The position numbers and the translations under genes are program-made. From positions 1-35,815 of the forward strand of contig JAIRJQ010000026.1 in NCBI GenBank assembly GCA_031260545.1: 35,815 nucleotides of DNA, read 5' to 3'. Each line of letters opens with the position of its first letter. Position 1 is the first letter of the stretch. Positions 1 through 8,144 of this stretch are shown piece by piece. Under the pieces are notes generated by a model. That model saw nothing but the letters and a program-made list of their open reading frames with translations, made no database searches and was not told the DNA's origin. The DNA is from Methanomassiliicoccaceae archaeon. Lineage in GTDB: Archaea > Thermoplasmatota > Thermoplasmata > Methanomassiliicoccales > Methanomethylophilaceae.

Positions 1-85
1 TCCATTCATTGAAACAAGCGTCTTCTAACATCATAATATTACCAATGTCTGAAGGTTTCGCCGTTCGAAAGACCAATTCATTCAT
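1..85 (-). CDS. 5' end of a GNAT-type N-acetyltransferase-like gene (partial, continues past the left edge)
   Basis: Minus-strand ATG at 85-83 is preceded by AAGGAG about 8 nt upstream. It translates to MNELVFRTAKPSDIGNIMMLEDACFNEW, which resembles RimI/GNAT N-termini. Only 28 codons are visible. Confidence 0.3.
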   Translation of the reverse strand, partial: MNELVFRTAKPSDIGNIMMLEDACFNEW

Positions 86-335
86 TGTTTTTCTCCTTTA
101 TTATTTTTTTAACAATATCTGGGCGTAGTTTATTGAGTATGCTGTTTGTCCCTCAATAAACTGGTAATTTATTCCTTTTTCGATATATTACCCAATTGTA
201 ACACGAGAGGTATACATCAATATAATGGTCTTGGCATTGTATAAGTTCGATTTTCTAAATTTTTTCGTTATTTATCAGTAGGAAAATTAAACGTCTGGCC
301 ATATGGAAAAGCAGTCTTGGCCGGGCCCACTTAAT

Positions 336-1454
336 TTACATCAGAACGATATTTTCGCTTCTTATCACGTTATCGTAATTCTTGTGACCGAGTATCTCGT
401 GCATCTTGTCGCTGTGCAACCCTTTTATTTTCGATATATCCTCGGAATTGTAATCCGGGATCCCTTTTGCGATCAGCTTACCGTTGCATGTTATGTTGAC
501 GACATCCCCTCGGTCGAATCTTCCTTTCACTTCTTTTATTCCGACGGCGAGAAGACTTACGTGTTTGGAAAGGGCGTTCTTTGCCCCTTCGTCGACCTCG
601 ATCGAACCGGACGCATGCGAATGGCGTATCCAGCTGCTCTTTCTGCGTTCCCTCTTCTCCGGCAGGAATATCGTACCGATCTCTTCTCCTGCGATTATCC
701 TTTCTATGACGTTATCAACATCGCTTCCGGCGATGATCATGTTGCATCCGGCCTCATGACATATCTCTGCCGCAGTGATCTTTGTTCTCATTCCGCCCGT
801 TCCTACTTTTGAGGTGGTGTCGCCTGCGAACGCCTTTATCTCGTCCGTGATCTCCTTGACGGTTGCGATCAGTTTGGAATCGCTGAATATCTTCGGATTT
901 TTATCATAAAGGCCTTCAACATCTGAGAGTATTATCAGAAGGTCCACTTCCATCTTTATCGATACCTTAGCAGATAACGTATCGTTATCGCCGAACATTG
1001 CATCGATCTCTTTCACACATATCGCATCATTCTCGTTGAATATCGGGACCGCTCCGAATTCCAGTAATGTTTGTATCGCATTCCGCAAATTCAAATATTT
1101 CTCGCGGTCCGAATAGAAGTCATACGTCAGCAATATCTGCGCCACCGGTATCCCGTATCTCTGGAACGCATCGTTCCATTTCTGCATCAGCACGCTCTGA
1201 CCTATCGAGGCTGCGGCCTGCCTTATCGGGATCTCGCGCGACCTGGGCCGGGCGTTCATCGTTGACAGTCCTATGCCTATTGCTCCGGATGTAACTATCA
1301 GCACTTCGATGCCCTTATCTTTAAGGAACTTTACCTGTCTGGCTATTGAGTCCATGAACTCTGATGATGCGCCGGGGCCCCCTTTGGTTATCGACGATGT
1401 TCCCACTTTTATGACGACCCTTTGCGTTCCCTTGAGATACTCGCTCCTGTTCAT
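336..1454 (-). CDS. proB: Glutamate 5-kinase with C-terminal PUA-like domain
   Basis: Amino-acid-kinase motifs are present (VVIKVGTSSIT, LIVTSGAIGIG, GDNDTLSA, GTGGMRTK), with a PUA-like tail (IEVDEGAKNAL...GDVV). I place the start at ATG 1454, 4 nt after the proA stop at 1459; the longer ORF (to 1532) would overlap proA. Stop is TAA. Confidence 0.9.
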   Translation of the reverse strand: MNRSEYLKGTQRVVIKVGTSSITKGGPGASSEFMDSIARQVKFLKDKGIEVLIVTSGAIGIGLSTMNARPRSREIPIRQAAASIGQSVLMQKWNDAFQRYGIPVAQILLTYDFYSDREKYLNLRNAIQTLLEFGAVPIFNENDAICVKEIDAMFGDNDTLSAKVSIKMEVDLLIILSDVEGLYDKNPKIFSDSKLIATVKEITDEIKAFAGDTTSKVGTGGMRTKITAAEICHEAGCNMIIAGSDVDNVIERIIAGEEIGTIFLPEKRERRKSSWIRHSHASGSIEVDEGAKNALSKHVSLLAVGIKEVKGRFDRGDVVNITCNGKLIAKGIPDYNSEDISKIKGLHSDKMHEILGHKNYDNVIRSENIVLM

Positions 1455-1458
1455 TGGA

Positions 1459-2814
1459 TCACAGTTTGAAATCCTTATCGATCGCAACGTGTTTGAATTT
1501 TTTGGCGTTCTTGCCCGCGTAATCCTTGACAATGTGTCCGTTGCCGACCAGGACGTACTTGTAGATCATCAGCCCTTCCATTCCCACCGGGCCTCTGGAG
1601 TGAACTTTGTTCGTGCTTATGCCTACTTCCGCACCCTTTCCGTATCTGAACCCGTCCGAGAATCGGGTGGATGCGTTCACTAATACACTAGAAGAGTCCA
1701 CGAGTTCTGAGAATCTCAATGCGTTCCTCATATTCTCTGTTACTATCGAATCTGTATGCTTAGAACCGTGTTTGTTTATGAAATCTATAGCTTCGTCCAA
1801 TGAGTCCACCATTTTTATTGATATTATCATATCATTGTATTCGGTGTCCCAATCGGCTGTCTTTGCCTTTTTGACCTTGTCCTTGCCTACTATACCTATC
1901 GTTTCCTCGTCCGCTCTCACTTCCACTCCGTTATTGACGAAGAGTTCGACCATTTTCGGTAAGAACGCCTTTGCTATCGCTTTGTTGACAAGCAGATTCT
2001 CAACGGCATTACAAACTGCCGGATACTGTATCTTTGAATCTAACGATACGGAGAGCGCCTTCTCTGTATCAGCGTCCGCATCTACGTAAACGTGACAGAT
2101 GCCCGCTGCGTGACCCAGCACCGGGATCTTTGTGTTCGATTGTATGTATCTCACAAATTCATTGGAGCCCCTCGGAATAAGGAGATCTATCTGGCCGTCC
2201 ATTTCCAATATCGCGGATACGTCCTCTCTCGTTTCCATCAAACAGAACGAACCTTTCGGTATCCCTGTTCTGTACGCAGCTTCCGAGAGAACATCGAATA
2301 TCGCTTTGTTGGTGTTCGAAGCTTCCTTTCCTCCTTTGAATACGACGGCATTCCCGCTCTTCAGGCATAGCGACATCACCTGTGGAACGACGTCGGGTCT
2401 TGATTCGAATATGACTCCGATGAGTCCGATCGGACATCTTATCTGATACAATGTGAGACCGTCGTCCAATTCCATCGTTGACATCGTCTCGCCCGCCGGG
2501 TCCTTGAGCTTTATTACATCTTTGATACCGGCGATCATACCGTCCATCTTCTCGTTGTTCACGATGAGACGTTTGACCATTGAGTCCGTTAATTCTCCGG
2601 CCTCTTTCATCTTAAGCGCGGCCGACATGTCCTTCTCGTTGGCATCGATGATCTTCTTCCTCGATGCGTCGAGAGCGTCGGCCATTGCGTTCAGCGCATT
2701 GTCCTTTGCCTTCGTATCCGCGGCCGAGAGCATTATCGCTGCACTCTTCGCATTTATCACATTAGATTTTATGTCTGCCATCGGATCGTCGCCGTTTGAC
2801 GCATTATCATTCAT
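1459..2814 (-). CDS. proA: Gamma-glutamyl phosphate reductase
   Basis: Aldehyde-dehydrogenase-family ProA motifs are present (VIFESRPDV, NAVVFKGGKEA, CNAVENLLV, HGSKHTDSIVT, VNASTRFSDG). ATG 2814 (MNDNASNG...) lies 25-26 nt from a TATA-like element; the ORF-track start at 2931 is unlikely. Confidence 0.9.
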   Translation of the reverse strand: MNDNASNGDDPMADIKSNVINAKSAAIMLSAADTKAKDNALNAMADALDASRKKIIDANEKDMSAALKMKEAGELTDSMVKRLIVNNEKMDGMIAGIKDVIKLKDPAGETMSTMELDDGLTLYQIRCPIGLIGVIFESRPDVVPQVMSLCLKSGNAVVFKGGKEASNTNKAIFDVLSEAAYRTGIPKGSFCLMETREDVSAILEMDGQIDLLIPRGSNEFVRYIQSNTKIPVLGHAAGICHVYVDADADTEKALSVSLDSKIQYPAVCNAVENLLVNKAIAKAFLPKMVELFVNNGVEVRADEETIGIVGKDKVKKAKTADWDTEYNDMIISIKMVDSLDEAIDFINKHGSKHTDSIVTENMRNALRFSELVDSSSVLVNASTRFSDGFRYGKGAEVGISTNKVHSRGPVGMEGLMIYKYVLVGNGHIVKDYAGKNAKKFKHVAIDKDFKL

Positions 2815-2833
2815 ATTATTAAGCGTACCCTTG

Positions 2834-2845
2834 ATTATAAATAAA
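2834..2845. promoter_or_regulatory. Shared TATA-like element (ATTATAAATAAA) in the divergent proA / GTPase intergenic region
   Basis: This AT-rich box is centred about 25-27 nt from both the proA ATG (2814, minus) and GTG 2866 (plus). That matches the archaeal TATA-to-TSS distance for leaderless mRNAs. Confidence 0.4.
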
Positions 2846-2880
2846 GACGCGACCATTCTGCAGCCGTGACAGACTGCAAG

Positions 2881-4569
2881 ATGGACATCGTTTGTTTGGA
2901 CCCTGATGTATACGTGAGCATACAGGATCACGAGATGCGCCAGCGCATACTGACAGCACTTTTTCGTATGACGAGAGCGTACGGTCCGGTATCGAAGCAG
3001 GACCTCGCCGACCGCCTGGGAATAAAGTATCAGCAGCTCTCATATCAAATGAGCGATCATCTGTCCTCTTTCTGGAAGGTCGTGAAGGAAGAGAGAGTAC
3101 GCGGGGCACGCATGGAGTATATCGTTCCGGCGGACCCGGATGCAGTTTTCATAGCGATAGGCAAGGACCGCAAGATCTATATGATCGATCCTCTCGCGGA
3201 ACTCTTCGGCCCCTTATCGGACACGGGATTAAGATGCGACTCTTGTTCTGGAACGGATAGCGAAGAATGTTTAGCTTCGCTCATCGATAAAAAAATAATC
3301 CCTGCGAAGATAAGCAGTGCTGAGGCAGAGACATTAAAAATGAACGGCAGAAGAGGCATGCGGCCGCTGGACGCCGGGATAATAGAAACGCTGAAAGGTT
3401 TGGCGACAGGGAGTCGCTGCGTTCTGACGATACCGTGCGAAAGGTGTACGTTCATGAAAAGGAATGATAATATCGTGAACACCAAAAAGACAAGATTCCT
3501 TGTGCTCGGCGGTTATTTGGGAGCAGGTAAAACGACACTTGCCGTCAATCTTGCAAGGACGCTCAGAGAATTCAATGACAGATCGGTAGCAATAATAACC
3601 AATGATCAGGGTGATGTTCTTGTTGACACGGAGTTCACCAAGGATGCGGGATTCGATGTCCGTGAGATCCTCGGAGGATGCTTCTGTTCGAATTTTGATG
3701 AATTCGTCTCGAGTGCCAGAACGCTGGTCTCTGCGGGAAGGCCAGATATCATAATCGCTGAACCGATAGGCACATCAACGAACCTTATGGGCTCCGTTGT
3801 CGCTCCCCTCAGAACATTATATCCCGATGAGTTCGATGTGGCGCCGTTCACTGTCGTCATAGATTGCATGAGAGCGATGGATATTTTATCAGGATCGAAG
3901 GAAAGGAGCGTCGAATCCGTTGATCTCATACCGGCGCACCAGATCAAAGAGGCCGAAGTTGTCATTTTGTCCAAGGCTGACATGGTCCGACCGGACGTGA
4001 TCGCGAAGATAAAGGAAGAACTGAAGAAGATACTTCCGGATGCAGAGATCATTGAGACGTCATCGTCCGATCTCAGGAACATTGAAAAAATAACGGAAAT
4101 GATCTTGTCGGAAAGAACGAGCAAAAAGGTCGCGGAACGCGACAATAATAAGGGATTTGCATTTGAAAAAGCGAAGCTCGGGTGGTATTCCGGCACGTTC
4201 TCGATAATTCCTAACGGTAAGGCCGACATGTACTCGATGTCCTTCGATATAATGAAAAAGGTGGCGAAAGAATACGGTCCTAAATCGATCGTTCATGTGA
4301 AAGTGATCATATCATCGCCCGAAGCGGCGGCCAAGATGTCGTTGGTCCAGGAGTCTGTACAGATCGACGGCGTGTACGGTTCGAGATTCATTTCACAGCC
4401 CGGCAAGCTCATACTGAACGCCCGCGTCATATCGCCTCCCAAACGTCTGGAAGAGACCATGAGAAAAATAATCGATTCATTGTCCTCATATCCCGTAAAG
4501 ATCGAAAAGATGAGCGAATCGTGCTTCTCGCCGAAACCCGAGTCGCCGTCGCACTTCTTCTTTGAGTGA
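2881..4569 (+). CDS. Fusion protein: N-terminal winged-helix (ArsR/TrmB-like) domain, Cys-rich linker, and a G3E-family (CobW/COG0523-like) P-loop GTPase with a C-terminal domain
   Basis: The HTH-like segment is MRQRILTALFRMTRAYGPVSKQDLADRLGIKYQQLSYQM. Cys pairs are CDSCSGTDSEEC and CVLTIPCERC. GTPase motifs are Walker A GGYLGAGKTT (about 3507-3536), ITNDQGD, GGCFC, IIIAEPIGTS and SKAD. The start is either ATG 2881 or GTG 2866. Confidence 0.7.
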   Translation: MDIVCLDPDVYVSIQDHEMRQRILTALFRMTRAYGPVSKQDLADRLGIKYQQLSYQMSDHLSSFWKVVKEERVRGARMEYIVPADPDAVFIAIGKDRKIYMIDPLAELFGPLSDTGLRCDSCSGTDSEECLASLIDKKIIPAKISSAEAETLKMNGRRGMRPLDAGIIETLKGLATGSRCVLTIPCERCTFMKRNDNIVNTKKTRFLVLGGYLGAGKTTLAVNLARTLREFNDRSVAIITNDQGDVLVDTEFTKDAGFDVREILGGCFCSNFDEFVSSARTLVSAGRPDIIIAEPIGTSTNLMGSVVAPLRTLYPDEFDVAPFTVVIDCMRAMDILSGSKERSVESVDLIPAHQIKEAEVVILSKADMVRPDVIAKIKEELKKILPDAEIIETSSSDLRNIEKITEMILSERTSKKVAERDNNKGFAFEKAKLGWYSGTFSIIPNGKADMYSMSFDIMKKVAKEYGPKSIVHVKVIISSPEAAAKMSLVQESVQIDGVYGSRFISQPGKLILNARVISPPKRLEETMRKIIDSLSSYPVKIEKMSESCFSPKPESPSHFFFE

Positions 4570-4643
4570 TATCGTTCCCTGTGAGTAATTCTCAGACCTG
4601 CGATGCATCTCCCGCGGACCTTCGGTCCAGTATGCCCACTAAA

Positions 4644-4650
4644 TTTATAT
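4644..4650 (+). promoter_or_regulatory. TATA box candidate (TTTATAT) for the GltB-like gene
   Basis: AAATTTATAT lies about 45 nt upstream of ATG 4695. An SD-like GTGAT sits 5 nt before that ATG. Confidence 0.35.
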
Positions 4651-4694
4651 CATATCCTTACGTACCTTAAAATAGGACGGCATTAGTGATTAAT

Positions 4695-6299
4695 ATGAAC
4701 TCAATCGAGAACGCAAGATCTACTACTGGTACAAAAACACGTGTTCCGGACATAAGCCCTCTTAACGGGATGTGCCCGATATGCATCGAAGATTGTAATG
4801 TGCTATGTGAAGCGGGAAAGGCGACATTCAGGGGGCGCGAGGTGCTCTACCCGAGCCCTGAATATTTCGGAACGAGTACCGCCGCTGCCAACAAAGAATT
4901 CTATCTGGACTGGTCGCAGATTCAGATCATGTCAGAACTGCTTGGCGCAAAAGGCATAGAGCCCGACCCGGACGTGGCGTTCTTTGAGAATGCTGATATC
5001 AAGACCGTGGTGGGTTCGAGATCGAAGAGGCCCATACCGATGAACATTCCCGTTCATATTGCGGGACTGGGAAGCACTGCTGTTGCGAAAAGGAACTGGA
5101 AGGGCATGGCCGTAGGTTCTGCGATAACGGGTGTGTGTCAGGTCATTGGCGAGAACATCTGCGGAATGGACTCCGAAGCGATATACTCCAACGGAAAGGT
5201 GCAGAGCTCTCCGGAAATGGCGTTCCGTGTCAACTCATTCAAAGATCAATGGGACGGTAAGAACGGTGCTATCGTCGTACAGACGAACGTTGAGGACAAA
5301 AGAGCAGGTGTTGACGAATTTTCTATATCAAAGCTTGATGTCGATGTGATCGAAAGAAAATGGGGACAGGGCGCGAAGGCCATCGGCGGCGAGGTTCGAT
5401 TGACGTCGCTGGAACGGGCGCTCGAGCTGAAGGGGAGAGGGTACCTCGTTCTTCCCGACCCGGAGGATAAAGAAGTGCAGAAGGCATTCAAGGCCGGTCT
5501 TTTTAAATCATTCGAGAGGCACAGCCGTGTGGGGTTCCCGGATGAGACATCATTCCTTGAGGATATCGACCAGCTGAGGAGCAAAGGCGCAAAGAACGTT
5601 TTCCTCAAGACAGGCGCGTATAAGCCGGAGGTCGTTGCCTTTACAATGAGGTGCGCCTCGAAAGCAAAGATCGATCTTCTTACGTTCGACGGTGCGGGCG
5701 GAGGTACCGGGATGTCGCCGGTGCCGATGATGAACGAGATGAGCACGCCGACGGTGCACTTATGCGCGCAGGTCGTCGCATGTGCCAAAGTACTGAAAGA
5801 GCAGGGCAAGTTCGTTCCCGACATCTCATTCGCCGGAGGTTTCGTTAACGAGACGCAAATGTACAAGGCAATGGCAATGTCCGATCTCGGTGACGGCCCC
5901 ATTGTGAGATCTATTGCAATGGCCAGAACGCCGATACTTGCCGTAATGAAGAGCAACCATTTCGTTAAACTTGCGGAAGCAGGAAAATTACCGCCGGCGT
6001 TCGCTGAACAGTACGGCAGTAAACCGGAACAGTTCTTCATATCAAGCAGCAGCGCTCAGAGCTTAAGGCCTAAAGCAAAACTGGGGACGGACATACCGTG
6101 GGGCGCTGTCGGTCTTTACACATATTGGCATGACCGCATCGGCGAGGGTTTAAAACAGCTGATGGCCGGGACACGCAAGTTCAAACTCAGCTGCATCGAA
6201 CGCGGGGACATCAACTGTCTTACCGAATATGCAAGCAAGGTCACCGGCATCGAAACGATCGACGCGAGAGCGGCGAGAGTTATGAGGGCGCTTCTGTGA
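4695..6299 (+). CDS. Glutamate-synthase FMN-domain-like protein (GltB domain 2 family, divergent) with an N-terminal Cys motif
   Basis: WGQGAKAIGGEV (compare KxAQGAKPGEGG) and FDGAGGGTGMSPVPMM (compare GxDGGTGASP) match GltB FMN-domain motifs. The N-terminal Cys motif is CPICIEDCNVLC. No amidotransferase or GXGXG partner is in the window. ATG 4695 is preferred over GTG 4686. Confidence 0.6.
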   Translation: MNSIENARSTTGTKTRVPDISPLNGMCPICIEDCNVLCEAGKATFRGREVLYPSPEYFGTSTAAANKEFYLDWSQIQIMSELLGAKGIEPDPDVAFFENADIKTVVGSRSKRPIPMNIPVHIAGLGSTAVAKRNWKGMAVGSAITGVCQVIGENICGMDSEAIYSNGKVQSSPEMAFRVNSFKDQWDGKNGAIVVQTNVEDKRAGVDEFSISKLDVDVIERKWGQGAKAIGGEVRLTSLERALELKGRGYLVLPDPEDKEVQKAFKAGLFKSFERHSRVGFPDETSFLEDIDQLRSKGAKNVFLKTGAYKPEVVAFTMRCASKAKIDLLTFDGAGGGTGMSPVPMMNEMSTPTVHLCAQVVACAKVLKEQGKFVPDISFAGGFVNETQMYKAMAMSDLGDGPIVRSIAMARTPILAVMKSNHFVKLAEAGKLPPAFAEQYGSKPEQFFISSSSAQSLRPKAKLGTDIPWGAVGLYTYWHDRIGEGLKQLMAGTRKFKLSCIERGDINCLTEYASKVTGIETIDARAARVMRALL

Positions 6300-6335
6300 G
6301 CGCCCTGAAAACCATTTACATCATTTAATTTTTTT
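6285..6335 (+). terminator. Hairpin (AGGGCGC-8 nt-GCGCCCT) spanning the stop codon, followed by a T7 tract
   Basis: A 7-bp GC-rich inverted repeat lies at 6285-6291 / 6300-6306, with a T run at 6329-6335. The T tract may also be part of the next gene's promoter. Confidence 0.3.
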
Positions 6336-6351
6336 ACTTACGGGAGGGACG

Positions 6352-6945
6352 ATGAAAAAGAAGGACCTTGAGATCCGTTTGCAGAAGGTTAAGAATTTCA
6401 TTGACCCAGATCCCTCTTTGGAGCAGTATATGACGCCTTCCGTGATCGCATCGGATATTCTTTTCATCGCGTATTCCGAGGGAGATATCAATGATATGAA
6501 AGTGATCGATCTCGGCTGCGGCACCGGCATGTTCTCCATCGGAGCGTGGATGCTCGGCGCCGCTGCCGTTAAAGGGTTCGACATATCGGAAAAAGCGATA
6601 GCTGTCGCTGAAGATAATGTGAAAGCGTTCAACGCGAATATCAATCTTCAGGTCTGTGATATAAAGAACGTCACGGAACACGGTGATACGGCGATCATGA
6701 ACCCTCCGTTCGGATGTCAGTCACGTAACGCTGACAGGCCGTTCCTGGACAAGGCGATGGAGCTGTGCGATACGGTATACTCGATACATATGGGAAGGAC
6801 GGCGGAGTTCCTTGATGAATACGTCAGCTCTGCAGGAAAAGAAATATGTTTTCGAAAAGGATATAAGTTTAATATACCGCACACATTCTCGTTCCATAAT
6901 AAAGCGAAACACGATGTTGAAACGGTTATGATAATTATAAGGTGA
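6352..6945 (+). CDS. METTL5-like class I SAM-dependent N6-adenine methyltransferase (putative rRNA methylase)
   Basis: LEQYMTP N-terminal motif, SAM-binding VIDLGCGTGMFS, and catalytic NPPFG are present. SD GGGAGG lies 4 nt upstream of the ATG. The gene sits next to csl4, as in many archaea. Confidence 0.75.
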   Translation: MKKKDLEIRLQKVKNFIDPDPSLEQYMTPSVIASDILFIAYSEGDINDMKVIDLGCGTGMFSIGAWMLGAAAVKGFDISEKAIAVAEDNVKAFNANINLQVCDIKNVTEHGDTAIMNPPFGCQSRNADRPFLDKAMELCDTVYSIHMGRTAEFLDEYVSSAGKEICFRKGYKFNIPHTFSFHNKAKHDVETVMIIIR

Positions 6946-6952
6946 ATTTCAA

Positions 6953-7516
6953 ATGAAAGAGAGAAGAGAAGTATTTCCAGGTGATGAGGTTGCGGTCGAA
7001 GAAGAATATCTGGCATCCGACGGAACGTTCGCATCCGATGGTAAGATCTATGCATCACAGATAGGAATGTTAGAATTAGACAGGGAAGAGATGACCGCCC
7101 GTGTCATTTCGCCGAATCCTCCGAACATACTGAAGGAAAGAGACATAGTGTTCGCTATCATCGCTGACACAAGATCGACGATGGCAACTGCGGACGTTGT
7201 CGCCACGGATGGCAATATACGGGACGTGGGCGGTGAAACGTATGCGACCATACATGTTTCAAAGATCTCGCCCGGATACACGGACGATGTTTCAAAAGAG
7301 CTCAGAAAGGGAGATTACATAAGAGCTGTCGTGATAGGCACAAAACCATCGCTGCAGCTTTCGACGAAGGATGAACATTTCGGTGTCGTTCGTTCACTCT
7401 GCTATAGGTGCAAATCCGAACTTGTCAGAAAGGGAAAGACACAATTGCACTGCGAACAGTGCGAACGCTCTTACCCGAGAAAACTGGCGGACGATTACGG
7501 CAATGTCATCTTCTGA
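6953..7516 (+). CDS. csl4: Exosome complex RNA-binding subunit Csl4
   Basis: The N-terminal PGDEVAVEEEYL...DG.IYAS segment, a central S1-like domain (HVSKI...GDYIRAVVI) and a C-terminal zinc ribbon (CYRCKSEL...CEQCERSYPRKL) match Csl4. Confidence 0.85.
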   Translation: MKERREVFPGDEVAVEEEYLASDGTFASDGKIYASQIGMLELDREEMTARVISPNPPNILKERDIVFAIIADTRSTMATADVVATDGNIRDVGGETYATIHVSKISPGYTDDVSKELRKGDYIRAVVIGTKPSLQLSTKDEHFGVVRSLCYRCKSELVRKGKTQLHCEQCERSYPRKLADDYGNVIF

Positions 7517-8144
7517 ACGATTGAGTCTTGTCGCGCTGATATCCGGCGGCATTGATTCTCCCGTCGCCGCATATAAGATGTCCCTTGCGGGCGCAGATAT
7601 TGTTCTGCTGCATATGGACAACCGTCCGCACACTGACGACCGCTGTTACGATAAAGTGAGAAAGATCGCGGACCGTCTCAGAACTGTCACCAATGAGGAT
7701 ATAAAATTGTATGTGGCCGATCACGGCAAAAATCAGACCTTGATCAGAAAGAGGTGCGACCCGAGTTATCAGTGCGTCCTTTGCAAGAGACTTATGATGA
7801 ACGTTGCTAAAGAATTCGCACTGAGGAACGGATGCTCCGGAATAATAATGGGCGATTCTTTGGGCCAGGTCGCATCGCAGACGCTTAAGAACATACGTTC
7901 TGAGTCTTATGATCTTCTTTTTCCGGTGATAAGGCCGCTTATCGGTCTTGATAAACTAGAGATAGAGGCTGTTGCAAAAGAAATAGGGACGTATGAATTG
8001 TCCATTCTTCCGGAATCTCCGTGCGGTATGGTCCCGCAAAGACCGATAACGGAAGCGGAACCTTCCAAGGTGGCCTCATTACAGTCGCAGTTGGATTTTG
8101 ATGATATGATCAAGGCGGCCGCAGATTCTGCCCAAATTCAATAA
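7503..8144 (+). CDS. ThiI-type PP-loop ATP pyrophosphatase domain protein (tRNA 4-thiouridine / sulfurtransferase family) lacking the NFLD-THUMP region
   Basis: PP-loop SGGIDSPVAA, SLGQVASQTLKN, RPLIGLDKLEI and Cys motif CVLC...PC are present. ATG 7503 overlaps the csl4 stop by 14 nt. The ORF-track start at 7371 lies inside csl4 in another frame. Confidence 0.7.
   Translation: MSSSERLSLVALISGGIDSPVAAYKMSLAGADIVLLHMDNRPHTDDRCYDKVRKIADRLRTVTNEDIKLYVADHGKNQTLIRKRCDPSYQCVLCKRLMMNVAKEFALRNGCSGIIMGDSLGQVASQTLKNIRSESYDLLFPVIRPLIGLDKLEIEAVAKEIGTYELSILPESPCGMVPQRPITEAEPSKVASLQSQLDFDDMIKAAADSAQIQ

Noticed and set aside
86-335. Possible tRNA or small RNA in the AT-rich 250-nt spacer (a GGGCGTAG-like start at 121; 10-bp inverted repeat GTTTATTGAG/CTCAATAAAC at 128-137 and 152-161)
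   Set aside because: It has no T-loop (GTTCGAATC-like) or acceptor pairing and is far too AT-rich for an archaeal tRNA. The inverted repeat may be a regulatory or termination element for the flanking minus-strand genes, but I cannot support a specific call.
4616-4628. GGACC-TTC-GGTCC hairpin after the GTPase gene as a terminator
   Set aside because: It has only a 5-bp stem with a 3-nt loop and no following T tract.
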